A DNA stretch of 64,000 nucleotides from the IMG/VR virus record IMGVR_UViG_3300031949_001696; one strand, 5' to 3'. This document shows, piece by piece, positions 42,855-53,599 of the stretch. This DNA is from a virus. Taxonomy: Duplodnaviria > Caudoviricetes. The position numbers were made by a program, and so were the translations under genes. Numbering within the stretch: position 1 is the first letter of the stretch; the number at the start of each line of letters is the position of its first letter. Under the pieces are notes generated by a model. That model was not told the origin of the DNA. It did no database searches and saw only the letters and a program-made list of their open reading frames with translations.

Positions 42855-43700
42855 TCAAGAGCTAGGCGCGCGAGCCCCGCGCGCACGTTTCATCCGCTCT
42901 AGTTTCAGTTCTAACTCGGCCTCCATCTCCTTGGCCAAGTGAAACAGGTCGGTGCTCTCGATGTCGCGAGCGAACCGGGACAGAACTCGTCGCAAGTCTG
43001 TCGCTGAGGCCAGAAGCGCGTCGTCGCGCTCAACAGCATTTCGCACGTCGTCTACCGACATGTCCCGCGTCAAGAGGTGCGGAAGCGCAAGGCGCCGAAC
43101 TTCGCCGGCAAGATGAAACGCCGCGCGAGTCGCGGTGATCTCCTCGGCGTCTCCGAGGGTCCGCATCATTTCATGCGTGTAGATCCATGCCTGATCTGGC
43201 GCGATCTTGGATAAATCAACGACGCGCGACGGTGAGTGCCCGTTGTAGAGCCTGCTGATGTCGACGCGGTTGCCTAGGAACAGATCGAGCATCACGTAGC
43301 CGATCAAGCCGAACCCCGGCGAGCCCACCTCGATTTTCGCTTTCTCTTGCTGCCTGTCGAAAATCACGTACGCGTGATCTTCGTCGATTTCGCCATCGCC
43401 AGCTCGACGCCGCGCGATCCAGCTCTCGGCATCTCCCGCCTTGCGAAACGTGACCCAAGGCTCGGAGACCCCGTCCTCCAGTGCGATCACGCAGTCGTCC
43501 CACATGATCCGGATCTCCTGTCGGATCGACTCTGGGGATCCCACAGGTCGCGCGGTTACGCTTAACGTGCAGCCGCATTCGAAACCGTGTTGGTGCGCTG
43601 ACGTCGGAGAGGCTTCCGTCCATCGAAGATGGCCGCCCGATGGATTTAGGAAGAAGTTGTCCCGCGCCACGCTAATGCGGTGCTGCTCTGTGGTCGCCAT
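42855..43700 (-). CDS. hypothetical protein, opposite to flanking genes
   Basis: 281-aa ORF; the only long minus-strand gene evident in the plus-strand block. Confidence 0.55.
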   Translation of the reverse strand: MATTEQHRISVARDNFFLNPSGGHLRWTEASPTSAHQHGFECGCTLSVTARPVGSPESIRQEIRIMWDDCVIALEDGVSEPWVTFRKAGDAESWIARRRAGDGEIDEDHAYVIFDRQQEKAKIEVGSPGFGLIGYVMLDLFLGNRVDISRLYNGHSPSRVVDLSKIAPDQAWIYTHEMMRTLGDAEEITATRAAFHLAGEVRRLALPHLLTRDMSVDDVRNAVERDDALLASATDLRRVLSRFARDIESTDLFHLAKEMEAELELKLERMKRARGARAPSS

Positions 43701-43749
43701 GGCGCGATGGTAATCCGAGGCGGCGCGGGGCGGGGCGGCTCATAGTCCT

Positions 43750-43845
43750 CCTGGGTAGCTGGAGACCCGGATATTTCGGGCTCCGCTCCATGCAACTTGG
43801 CGATGGCGCCGTGTAGCTTGAGACACGGGTGCGGGGCTACCCAGG
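43750..43845. ncRNA. Candidate multi-stem structured element
   Basis: 10-bp closing stem CCTGGGTAGC/GCTACCCAGG enclosing three hairpins. Confidence 0.35.
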
Positions 43846-43906
43846 TTTTGCGATCGCGCCCTTGCGCGCCGAACAGATCGGCACGCGGGCAGCAATACCT
43901 GCCGGC

Positions 43907-44170
43907 ATGAAGGAACTGCTCCTCACCGCCGAACAGCTCGCCCTCGTGGTCGAGCCCGTCGTGACCGCGGCGCCTGCCGTGCTCGACGACGCCGCGCTGA
44001 TGGCGATGCCGCTGGTCGACGCCAAGCGCCTCGTCGCGGCCGAGTTCGAGCGGCGCTACCTCGTGCTCCTGATGGAGCGCGCGGAGGGTTCTGTTTCGGA
44101 GGGCGCACGGCTGTCGGGCCTCGATCGCACCAACTTCCGCCGTCTACTCCAGCGGCACGGACTTCGCTGA
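43907..44170 (+). CDS. Stand-alone Fis-type HTH (bEBP C-terminal-like)
   Basis: AKRLVAAEFERRYLVLLMERAEGSVSEGARLSGLDRTNFRRLLQRHGL. Confidence 0.8.
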   Translation: MKELLLTAEQLALVVEPVVTAAPAVLDDAALMAMPLVDAKRLVAAEFERRYLVLLMERAEGSVSEGARLSGLDRTNFRRLLQRHGLR

Positions 44171-46729
44171 GAACCGCCATGCGCGACAAGACAGAAATCG
44201 CGGCGAGCATCGAGCACTGGGAGCGGCTCGCTACGGAGGCCGAGTCCCAAGCGCAGTGGGATCGCGACCACGGTCTCGATCTCTCGAAGCCCGGATGCTC
44301 TGCGGGCGACTACCGCGCGCAGCTGTATCGGCGATGCGCCGAGACCCTTCGCCTGGAAATGCAGACGGGCCTCCCGCACTGCACGACTTGTCTCGGGGCT
44401 CATCCCAACCATCACCACGGCCACCGTGGATAACAACGGATCGCCAGGAAGAAGAGTCATGTCGAAGAAGCGCACGAAGGACACCAAGAATGTCAGGCCC
44501 ACGGTTACGATCTTGACCGTCACGCAGGTCTACATGCGGGGCGAGACCAGCGAGCTGACGCTCGCGTTCGCCTCACGCGAGCGGGCTCTGGAAGCGATCC
44601 AGGCTCACGTGATTAACCCTGAAGCGATCACGACGATCAGCATTCGTACGCTGGCGGTCCTGGCCGATGCGTAACATCCCCGACAAGCTCGCCATGCTCC
44701 GCGCCGTCACGCGCAAGGCGCTCGCTGCTCGCGACGCGATCGACGACTGCTTCTCGCCCGAGTGGCGCGACGCGCACGAGGCGACAGTCGCCGCGTGCAA
44801 GCTCGCGACCGCCGAGATGGAGCGGCTCGCCAAGGATCCCAAGACCCGCTACGGCAGCTGGCGCACGTCGGCCGACGTCGAGCTGATGGCGCTCGGACTT
44901 CTCTAGCATTCTAGCAAGGAACAAATCGCGATGATGACGACACCGAACAACCTGGGTTTTTCCGAGTGCGACAAGTCTCGCGCTCCGAGCGGCTGGGGGC
45001 ACACGTTCCATCACACCGAGCCGCAGCGGCGCGTCCCGTGCGTGCTCGGCGACATGCTCGCGCCGCGCAGCTCCGACGACATCCCGCCGATCACGCCCGA
45101 GGCGATGGCCTCGGTGCAGGCCGCGCTGACGCTGCTCGCGAACCTCATCGCCGATCGTGATCTTGCCCTGTTCATGGGCAGCTTCGAGCGCCTGGAGGAC
45201 CACCGCAGCAAGGCGAGCGACATCCTGCTCGTCGCCAAGGGGTTGGCCGGTATCCTCCGCGTCTCCTCGCCGGAGCAAGCTCCGTGATCCGCGCCATCGC
45301 CCTCATCATCGATGCCGGCTCGCCCGCGTTCGATTGCGCGTACCAGATCCTCACGTGTCCCGCCGATCCCGAGATGGAACGCTACACGTTCACGGCGCCA
45401 CGCGAGGTGACCCGCCGTCGCATCGGCCAGTACGCCGTCGTGAAGTTCTGTCCCGACGATCAATTCGCCTACGAGTGCAAGGAGGCACTACAACCGTGAA
45501 GACCACCGACGACTACACCGATGACGATGCTGCCGACACGCTGCGCTTCCGCCGCGTCGATCTCGACTTCGAGGCCCCGGCCGACCCGGACGCGACCTCG
45601 ATCTATGACCTCACACCCTCGCCGGTGAGCTACGTCGGTCGCAGCCGCGTCTCGCCGCGTCGCCGCCGCCAGATCCGCGACACGCGCGAGAACGTCCTGC
45701 GGCTTCGCGCAGCGCTCGCGGCGGGTTGGGACATCGCGCCCGAGCTGGCGCACGAGGAGCAGCGCCTGTCTGGCCTGATGACGGCAGATCGCCGGTAGGT
45801 GATGACCATGCGCCAATACACGTTCCGCATCTTCCTTTTCGAGCAGCCCAAAGACGGCAACGCGCTCGATCATCGCGAGGTCGCGTCGTACGAGGGTATC
45901 ACCGCTCCGCCGTGGGTGCCTCCGCAAGGCTCCTACTTCCGGTTCCGCGATCCGAATCCACCGGGCCGTCCCGCTGATCATCGCGAGGTCGCTGGATACG
46001 TCGATCAAGTCGTGACGGTGTTCTACGGCACGAGCACGACGATCGAGATCTATCTCAAGGACAAGAAAAACACATGACCGACGGGACAAAGCGTCACTGC
46101 ATCCCCGATCCGTTCCCCGAAACGATCGGGGTCTCCGCCATGACGATCTTCGTCCCCGATGACTTCCGCGGCGACGCCGAGATCATCTGGTGGTACCCTG
46201 GCATGAGCGACGACAAGTACAAGCAGCGCATCACATGCAGCGCCTCCGCGCTGCTCCAGGGCGTGCTTCGTGACGTCCGCGGCGCGCGTCCCACCGCGGA
46301 CGAGCATCTGGTCGCGGCCGACCAGGTCGGCGCTCGCGCGGTTGCACTCGTCGTGCACGCGTTCTACAAGCTGCGGATCGAGAGTGCAGCGCGTCTTGAG
46401 GCCGCGTACCAGTGGCGGTCCTACACGAAAAAATAACGCGCGACCCATGCAATTCCAGAGGCGCTCGCGCGCATGTCTTTGGGAAGCAGCTGGGCTGCAA
46501 CAAGGAAACGCATCATGAATATCAAGAGCATCAAACAGGGTTCGATCGTGGAGACCACCGTGGGTGTGGGTCTCGTGAAGCGCGTCGGCGGAACGCATCC
46601 GCCGAGCGTGCAGATCGCCGTCGTCACGCCCATTCCTCGCGGCATTTGCAACGTGCGTCCTCGTGACGTGTTGCGTGTGCTGTCGGAGGCCGAGGTCGCC
46701 GAGCTGCGCGCCCAAGGACTGAATCTCGG

Positions 46730-47413
46730 ATGATGCCCGACGACGAATTCGAGCGCGAGCACCCGAGCTACGGGATCCTTCACATCTCGCGCACGAGCGG
46801 CGGGACGAGTGCGATCCGGCTCTTTGGCTCGCCGCTCGCGACGCACTACGGAACGATCCGGCTGACGATCTCCAAGGGCAAGTGGATCCACGGCCTCAAC
46901 CACGATCGCTACTACGGCATGAACAAGGACTTCATCGAGGTCGAGATGTCGGCCGCACAGTTTGCCGACGCGATCACGAGCCTCAACATGGGCAGCGGCA
47001 CCCCGTGCACGATCCGATACGTCGACGGCGAACGCGTTGCCGCGCCGCCAGTCCACGCGACCGAAGCCGAACACATCCGTGACAACTTCGAGGGCACGCT
47101 CGACAAGTACAAGGCCAAGGCGCGCACCTATCGCAAGCGCATCGAAGAACTCGCGAGCAAGCTGTCCACGAAGGCGCGCGAGGAGATCCGGATCGCGCTC
47201 GACGTGATGGAGCAGCAGCTCGCCTCCAACGTACCGTTCGTGGTCGAGCAATTCCAGGAGGCCACGTCGCGCATCACGACGTCAGCCAAGGCCGAGGTCG
47301 ACGCCTTCGTTACCGGGGTCGTCCGCGCCGCAGGGCTGCAATCGATCGCGGAGGGCCGTCTGCCGTCGCTCCTGCCGAGCGGCGATGTGAAAGAGCCGGA
47401 GGACAAGCCGTGA
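46730..47413 (+). CDS. phage-type hypothetical protein
   Basis: HPSYG...LFGS...IEVEMSAAQFA...GSGTPCT; strong coding bias. Confidence 0.65.
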   Translation: MMPDDEFEREHPSYGILHISRTSGGTSAIRLFGSPLATHYGTIRLTISKGKWIHGLNHDRYYGMNKDFIEVEMSAAQFADAITSLNMGSGTPCTIRYVDGERVAAPPVHATEAEHIRDNFEGTLDKYKAKARTYRKRIEELASKLSTKAREEIRIALDVMEQQLASNVPFVVEQFQEATSRITTSAKAEVDAFVTGVVRAAGLQSIAEGRLPSLLPSGDVKEPEDKP

Positions 47414-47820
47414 GCAGCATCGACATCTACGCGGTGTTGGAGAAGTTTCGGCACGATTGGAACGCGTATGAAGGCAGCGCCGTGCAGGTCATCGATTCGA
47501 TCACCGAGCACCTGCGCGCGGCCGAGCAGACGGGCTACCTCGGGACGCTCTACCGCACTGACTTCGAGGTCGAGGGCACCGGCGCGTTCCCGATCGACAT
47601 GCTGCGCTACACGAACGCGTGGCCCAAGGGCGAGATCGACTCGCAGGCGATCGAGGACTCACTCGACGACGCAGTTGCCACGGCGTCACCGCGCCGCGGC
47701 CCGCGCACGATCACGCTAACGAAGTACCACCGCGATCCCGAGCCGCAGCTCGCGGGCGATCGCTGGCAGGCCAAGTTCCGGTGGCGCGTCGCGCGCGTCA
47801 TCGAGACGGCGGTGATCTAA

Positions 47821-47970
47821 GTGACTGCCACGCGAACATCCGCAGTTCTCGTCGGCCAGGGCATCGGCGACGCGCTTGGAATGCCGTTCGAAAAGCTCGA
47901 CGACGAAGTGCATCCCGATCTCGCGACGTGGGACGGCTCGTATCAGCCCGGTACGTGGCACGAGCTGCCA
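47821..47970 (+). pseudogene. ADP-ribosylglycohydrolase N-terminal fragment
   Basis: SAVLVGQGIGDALGMPFE...GTWHELP, ending exactly where the GxxTDDT motif should follow. Confidence 0.85.
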
Positions 47971-48117
47971 CGCCAAGAAGGGACCGCGCACATGGGCAAG
48001 AGTCGCCGTGTGCAATAGCGCCCTCGCTGGCGCCAATGCGCAGTCCGCCGTCGTGCGTGAGGTACGTCAGCACTACCGCGGCCTCTGTGCCGAGATCCTC
48101 AACGCAAGGAGCCCCAC

Positions 48118-48378
48118 GTGAAGCTCACCGCCGACACGATCACCGACGATCAGATCCGCGAGCTGTTCACGGCCCACTGCGAGTGCCGCCCGCTCGACGT
48201 CGATCGCCCCTCGCACAGCCACGACTGCGACGACGACATCGTGGAAGACTGCCGCGTGGCACTCGGCGGCTATCCGAACGGACAGATCGGCCCACGCAGC
48301 ACGATGACCGCGATCATCCAGCGCCAGGCCGCGCGCCGGATCTGCACGGAGCGGCTCAACGAGAGAGACGCCAAGTGA
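48118..48378 (+). CDS. KLTAxTITDxQIREL family protein
   Basis: KLTADTITDDQIREL...RRICTERLNER. Confidence 0.65.
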   Translation: MKLTADTITDDQIRELFTAHCECRPLDVDRPSHSHDCDDDIVEDCRVALGGYPNGQIGPRSTMTAIIQRQAARRICTERLNERDAK

Positions 48379-48383
48379 GCGCC

Positions 48384-49100
48384 ATGACCCTCGACGAGGC
48401 ACACGCCGCGCTCCACCGTTTCGCGATGACGCGCGAAAGCGAAGCCGCGCTCGCAGCGATCCTCGTACTCGACGAAGTCACGCGACTGCGTACGCTGTGC
48501 CGAGATCCTCAACAACCTCGAACCCGGAGCACTGCCGTAAGGCACATCGCTCTGTTTCGGCATCCCGCCAGGCTCGTCCGTCGCGCGCCCGGTGATCTAC
48601 ACCGACTGCCGTCCGCGACGATCTTCGAATTCGAGACGACGCACCTCGCTGTCCAGCTCTCCAGCTTCGGCGAGACGAGCCCGTTCCACGACCTGCCTGA
48701 CAGCGCCACCGTCTACGTCGAGATCGGCGTCGACGCCGAGTTCACGCAGCCCGAGGTGAAGAAGGTCGCCGAAGAGTTCGTCCGCCACGGCCGGCGGCCG
48801 AAATTTGGCCCGCCGATCATCGACGCTGACGACACGTCACTCCCCGGTGATCCGGATCCCAACTGCGAGGGCTGTCAACGCTTTGAATACGAGAAGCGTG
48901 AGCTGGTTGACGAAGTAGCATGCCTGCGCCAACTTCTGCGCGACCTCGTCGACTTCGACATGGGCATGGCGCCAGAACTCGACCAGCTCGATGCGGAGTA
49001 CGGATCGCGCCAGATCGCCCGCATGGGGCGCGCCTGGGAGGCCGCGATCGCGGAGGTCGGTCCTCGCAACCAACGTCGCTTCGTGGGAGACGAACCATGA
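48384..49100 (+). CDS. mosaic hypothetical protein
   Basis: Shares modules with 49097..49411 and 26142..26537. Confidence 0.55.
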   Translation: MTLDEAHAALHRFAMTRESEAALAAILVLDEVTRLRTLCRDPQQPRTRSTAVRHIALFRHPARLVRRAPGDLHRLPSATIFEFETTHLAVQLSSFGETSPFHDLPDSATVYVEIGVDAEFTQPEVKKVAEEFVRHGRRPKFGPPIIDADDTSLPGDPDPNCEGCQRFEYEKRELVDEVACLRQLLRDLVDFDMGMAPELDQLDAEYGSRQIARMGRAWEAAIAEVGPRNQRRFVGDEP

Positions 49101-51299
49101 CAACCACGATCACCCTATACACAATGACGGCCGAGGAAGCGCGCAAGGAGCTTCGTCGCTACGCGTTGGAGCACGAAACCTACGCCACGATCGCGGCGCG
49201 TCTGGTGCTCGACGAAGCTGCGCAAGCCGAGCGGCTGCGACAACTCCTGCGTGACCTCGTCGACTTCGACATGGGCGAACCGCCCGAACTCGACGCGCTC
49301 TGCGCGGTCGAGGGACCGCGCAAGCTCGCGCGCATGGAGCGCGCGTGGAAGGCGGCGGTCGCCGAAGTCGGTCCACGCAACCAGCGCCGCTACGAGGGAG
49401 ACGAGCCGTGACGCAAACCCTACGCGACTACGCGGCCGAGCAGCTCGACGTGATCGTCGCCGAGTACGGGCCGCCAAGCGACGGCCGAGATCAGGCGATC
49501 GAGCGCTGGATGCGCCACCTGGTCGGCGTCGGCCAGGTGCCCGACGGCATCCTCGAAGCGATGCCGGAGGTGTCGCGCCACAACGAGCCCCAGATCAGCC
49601 CGCAGGAGTACGAGTGTGGCTGCGTCGCGGTCACCCGCATCACCGATCGGGACTGTCGGACGTGGCGGGGCTACGACGAGAAGCCGTTCGAGATGCATCT
49701 CGCCATGCCCTGCAACGGAACGGGCTGCAAGCTGGCACATCTGCGCGAAGGAGCCGTCAAATGACCACCTCGACACTGTCCACCGACATCCAACGGCACA
49801 TCACCGAACTCCGAGCCTCACGTCCTTACGACGGCAGACGCGTGACGCTGCGCGAGTCCCGCGGCGGCTGGAAGTACACGGGCCTCAGCGGGATCTGCAC
49901 GCACCTCGCAGCTGACCGCCACTACATGGTGCTCGTGGTCGAGCACGACCCCGAAGGCTACTGGCCGATCGTCATGGAGATCTTGGCCGAACTCGACCAC
50001 GAGAGCGTTCCCATGTTCCACAACGAAGGAAACTGATCGTGCACTGCATCGACGACAAGCCGAACGGGATCATCCTCAACCACAACAGCGACTGGTCCGG
50101 CGAGGTCCGGATCGCCTGGTATGTGGCCGCCGAGCGGCGCGATCCCGGCCCGACGCCACCTTCGTTGCAAGAGTGCTGGTGCGAAGGGAAGGACCTCGTC
50201 GCCGGCCGCTTCACGCCCGCGAGCACGAGCGGCGAGCCGACGCCTGGCGCCATCCTCGTCCCCGAGCCTCCGGTCAACGTCCTTACCCGCGCGGTCGCGC
50301 TCGCCGTCGAGACGTATTTACGGCGCAAGATGGAACACGCCCTCGACGAGCTCTTCATCCACCGAGGCAAGCTGTGAAGACGCTGCCCGAGATCCTCCGC
50401 GACGCGATGCTCCTACTCGACGACGAACGCGAGGACGTCGTAATCGCACGTGGGCAGCAGCTCGCGTCATTCGATGGGCAAGCTCTGCGGCTGCTATCCA
50501 GCAAGGCGTACCAGATACGGCTTCGGCACGACACGCGAGACGACCCGGACCAGTCTCAATACAGGTGCGAGGCCCGAACGTGGCTCGGCGCGGAGTGGTC
50601 GAGCTGGAGCGAACAGTGTGGGTGGCTCGGCGGTGCCGGTTTCGACATCCGCGACGTGCTCGCGACGGACTGGAGGATCGTCTCGTGAAGCTCGCGCAGG
50701 AATTGATCCGCTTCGGAGAGCAGCTCGCCGCAGAGAACGTGGCGGCGCGCGATTTGTGGTCGTGGTTGCCCTCCCACAAGGTCGCGCAGAAGCATCACGG
50801 CGACTACGCCTCGGAGCACTGCCCGAACAACCGGGACGTCATGCACGAAGCGGCGCTGTACCTGGCGAACGCGAGCCGCTGCAACACGGAGATGACTGCC
50901 GAGGAAGAGGAGTGGTTCACGCGCTGCCCGTGCGGCGAGGATCACGAAGGAGACGCGCCGTGACTGATGTCGACAAGACGTGCACCCAAGATGAGCTGCA
51001 ACACTTACGTGCCGCGATGATTGCCAACAAACATGGTGCGCCGCCAGCGCCCGCGCTTGAGGCCGCCGAAGAAGCCCTCTTGCGATTGCTGTTCTCCGAG
51101 CAAGAAGTCTCCGCGTATCTCCAGTCCCCTGGCGCGCAGGTGTACCGATGATCAAGCCCGAGCCGCACCCGCACCAGCTCATCCCCGAGGAGTGCGCTGC
51201 CGACACGGCCCGCGCACATCTGAGCCAAGCCAAGGCCACCACACTCGACGGCGACAGTTTCGACATCCGCGACGTACTCGCGACCAACTGGATCGCCTC

Positions 51300-51500
51300 G
51301 TGAAGCTCACTGCCGCGACGATCACCGACGCGCAGATCCGAGAGCTGTACGACGAGCTTCGGCAGCGTGACGAATGGATCGGGGGCGGGCTGGACTGCGA
51401 AGACGCGCTCTTCCGCTTATCAGGACACGAACAAGCCCGTGCTCGCTGTGCCGAGATCCTCAACGCAAAGAACCATGCTTATCCGGTTAACACCCCGTGA
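51300..51500 (+). CDS. KLTAxTITDxQIREL family protein
   Basis: KLTAATITDAQIREL...RARCAEILNAK. Confidence 0.65.
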   Translation: MKLTAATITDAQIRELYDELRQRDEWIGGGLDCEDALFRLSGHEQARARCAEILNAKNHAYPVNTP

Positions 51501-52450
51501 GTGACCTAGATCAACATAACGAGAACGCTTCGCTCTTGGTCGGCGACAGCCTGTCTCGGCTGCGCGAGATCCCGGACGGATCGGCTCAGTGCTGCATCAC
51601 GTCGCCTCCCTACTGGGGGCTGCGAGATTACGGCGTCAATAGTCAGATCGGGCAGGAAGCCACGGCCGACGAGTACGTGGCGAACCTCGTCGGCATCACT
51701 CGCGAGATCAAGCGCGTTATCGCGCTAGATGGATCCTTCTGGCTCAACATCGGGGACTCGTACTATGGGGGTCCACCGGACCAGCAACCGAAGGACGCCA
51801 GCCACCTGACGCGCAGGCGCACTCTCCAGACCAAGAGTTGCGAGACCTGCGGAGCCGATTTCGTTGGCAAGTCCACCCGGCGTTTCTGCACCTCGAAGTG
51901 CGCGAGCTATTCCTCTGGGCAGAAGCGCATCGGATTCGATCGACCAAAGTGCATGCTTGCGCTGCCTTGGCGAGTCCTCTCTGCACTCGTCGAGGACGGA
52001 TGGGTTATCCGCAATGACGTCATCTGGTACAAGCCGAACCACCTCCCTACGATGGCGCGCGATCGACTGGCCTGCTCGTACGAGCACCTGTTCCACCTCG
52101 TCCATCCCGGGCGGTGGCGTGGGAAGACGTACGACGGATCGTACTACTACGACGCGCGGGCATTCGAGGGCCTCGATGATGTCTGGGCGATCCCGACGGT
52201 TCCCGGAGCGTCCGATCATGCAGCGCCGTTCCCCGAGTCACTCGTCCGCCCAATTGTCGTAGGGACATGTCCTCTCGGCGGAACGATTCTCGATCCGTTC
52301 GCCGGAAGCGGTACTGCGGGCGTCGTCGCGCTCCAAGAAGGTCGCCGGTTCCTCGGTGTCGAGTTGAATCCAAACTACGCCGCGAGGGCGTGGGATCGGA
52401 TGTCGAAAGCCGTGCCGAGTCTACAACTAACAAAGGCGGTCAACCTGTGA
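51497..52450 (+). CDS. Orphan DNA amino-methyltransferase (N4-C/N6-A, beta class) with inserted Cys4 finger
   Basis: TSPPY, HAAPFP, LDPFAGSGT; insert CETCG...RRFCTSKC. Confidence 0.9.
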   Translation: MSDLDQHNENASLLVGDSLSRLREIPDGSAQCCITSPPYWGLRDYGVNSQIGQEATADEYVANLVGITREIKRVIALDGSFWLNIGDSYYGGPPDQQPKDASHLTRRRTLQTKSCETCGADFVGKSTRRFCTSKCASYSSGQKRIGFDRPKCMLALPWRVLSALVEDGWVIRNDVIWYKPNHLPTMARDRLACSYEHLFHLVHPGRWRGKTYDGSYYYDARAFEGLDDVWAIPTVPGASDHAAPFPESLVRPIVVGTCPLGGTILDPFAGSGTAGVVALQEGRRFLGVELNPNYAARAWDRMSKAVPSLQLTKAVNL

Positions 52451-52999
52451 GGGGTGACAACCGGATAAGCATGCAAAGAACAAGGAACGTCCATGAAGAG
52501 GAATGCCCGATCTGAACCGCATCCACACCAGCTCACCCCCGAAGAGTGTGCTGCCGACACGGCCCGCGCGCAGCTGAACCAGGCCAAGGCCGCCGCGCTC
52601 GACGCCTGGCACGCCGCGAAGCGCTGCCTGGATCACCTCGACGAGACCGCCGATCCGGCGTGGATCGCGGACGCGGAAGCTGCCGCGAAGCACGCGCGAA
52701 AGCTCTTCGATGCGCTCGTGCTGGAAACGGAGTGGTAGCCGTGACGAAACCGATCGAGCAGCGGGAGGACCGATGATCCAGAAGCGCATGCAAGAGCGTC
52801 CCTATGTCCCGCGCAATCGAACGAGCGCGATGGGCAAGAGCTCCGTCGTCGCCGACTGTCCGTTCTGCGGCGACCCCGTGGTGATCTTTCTGTGGTCGAT
52901 CGCCGGCAACGGCAAAAAGCTCTGCGCGTGCGGCGCCGCGCTGCACTCCGATCGGATCGCTCGCAAGCTCGTAGAGCTCAACGTTGAGGAAGTGGAAGC

Positions 53000-53599
53000 A
53001 TGATCGAAAAACTCGCGGTACTGGCCGATAAGACCCCGCGCCCATACGTCAGCGCGGCACACAGTAGCGGGGCTCAAAAGAGCCGCGACATCCTGCACAG
53101 CTTCTTGCCGTTCTCGCCGCGACTTGGGGCTGTGCTCAGACAACATCCAAAGTCCAGCCGTTCGCGTTTGGTCTACGCACTCCTCAACAACGATGTCTAC
53201 ACGTTGTCGCGCCTGTGCGCGATGACGTGGGCCGATGTTCGGCGCTGGGAAAACGTCGGCGCGAGATGTCTCAACGATCTTGAACAAACCCTTGCGGCGT
53301 TTGGGCTGGCGCTTACGGACGGACAGTCACCCGCCAAGCGCCTCCTCAACGCAACCTGGTTTCGCGCACAAATCGCCGAGCTTGTTGCTGACTGCGATGA
53401 GAACATCACCGAAGACCAGGAGCTGGCCGCCAAGGAGCGCGATGATGTCCGCCGCGGCAGGTATCTCGCGAGCGTCGAGATCAACAGCCACTGGAAGCGG
53501 CAGCTTGAGCGCGTCCTCGCCGGAAAGAACTCCGCAGAGGACCTCGCAGACACCCTGATCGCAGACACCCTGAAGGCCCTAGAGAAGGTCCAACCATGA
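53000..53599 (+). CDS. Protein containing an RNA polymerase alpha-CTD-like domain
   Basis: SRLVYALLNNDVYTLSRLCAMTWADVRRWENVGARCLNDLEQTLAAFGLAL follows the alpha-CTD pattern. Confidence 0.65.
   Translation: MIEKLAVLADKTPRPYVSAAHSSGAQKSRDILHSFLPFSPRLGAVLRQHPKSSRSRLVYALLNNDVYTLSRLCAMTWADVRRWENVGARCLNDLEQTLAAFGLALTDGQSPAKRLLNATWFRAQIAELVADCDENITEDQELAAKERDDVRRGRYLASVEINSHWKRQLERVLAGKNSAEDLADTLIADTLKALEKVQP

Noticed and set aside
43750-43845. tRNA gene
   Set aside because: No TTC T-loop, D-loop consensus or CCA on either strand.
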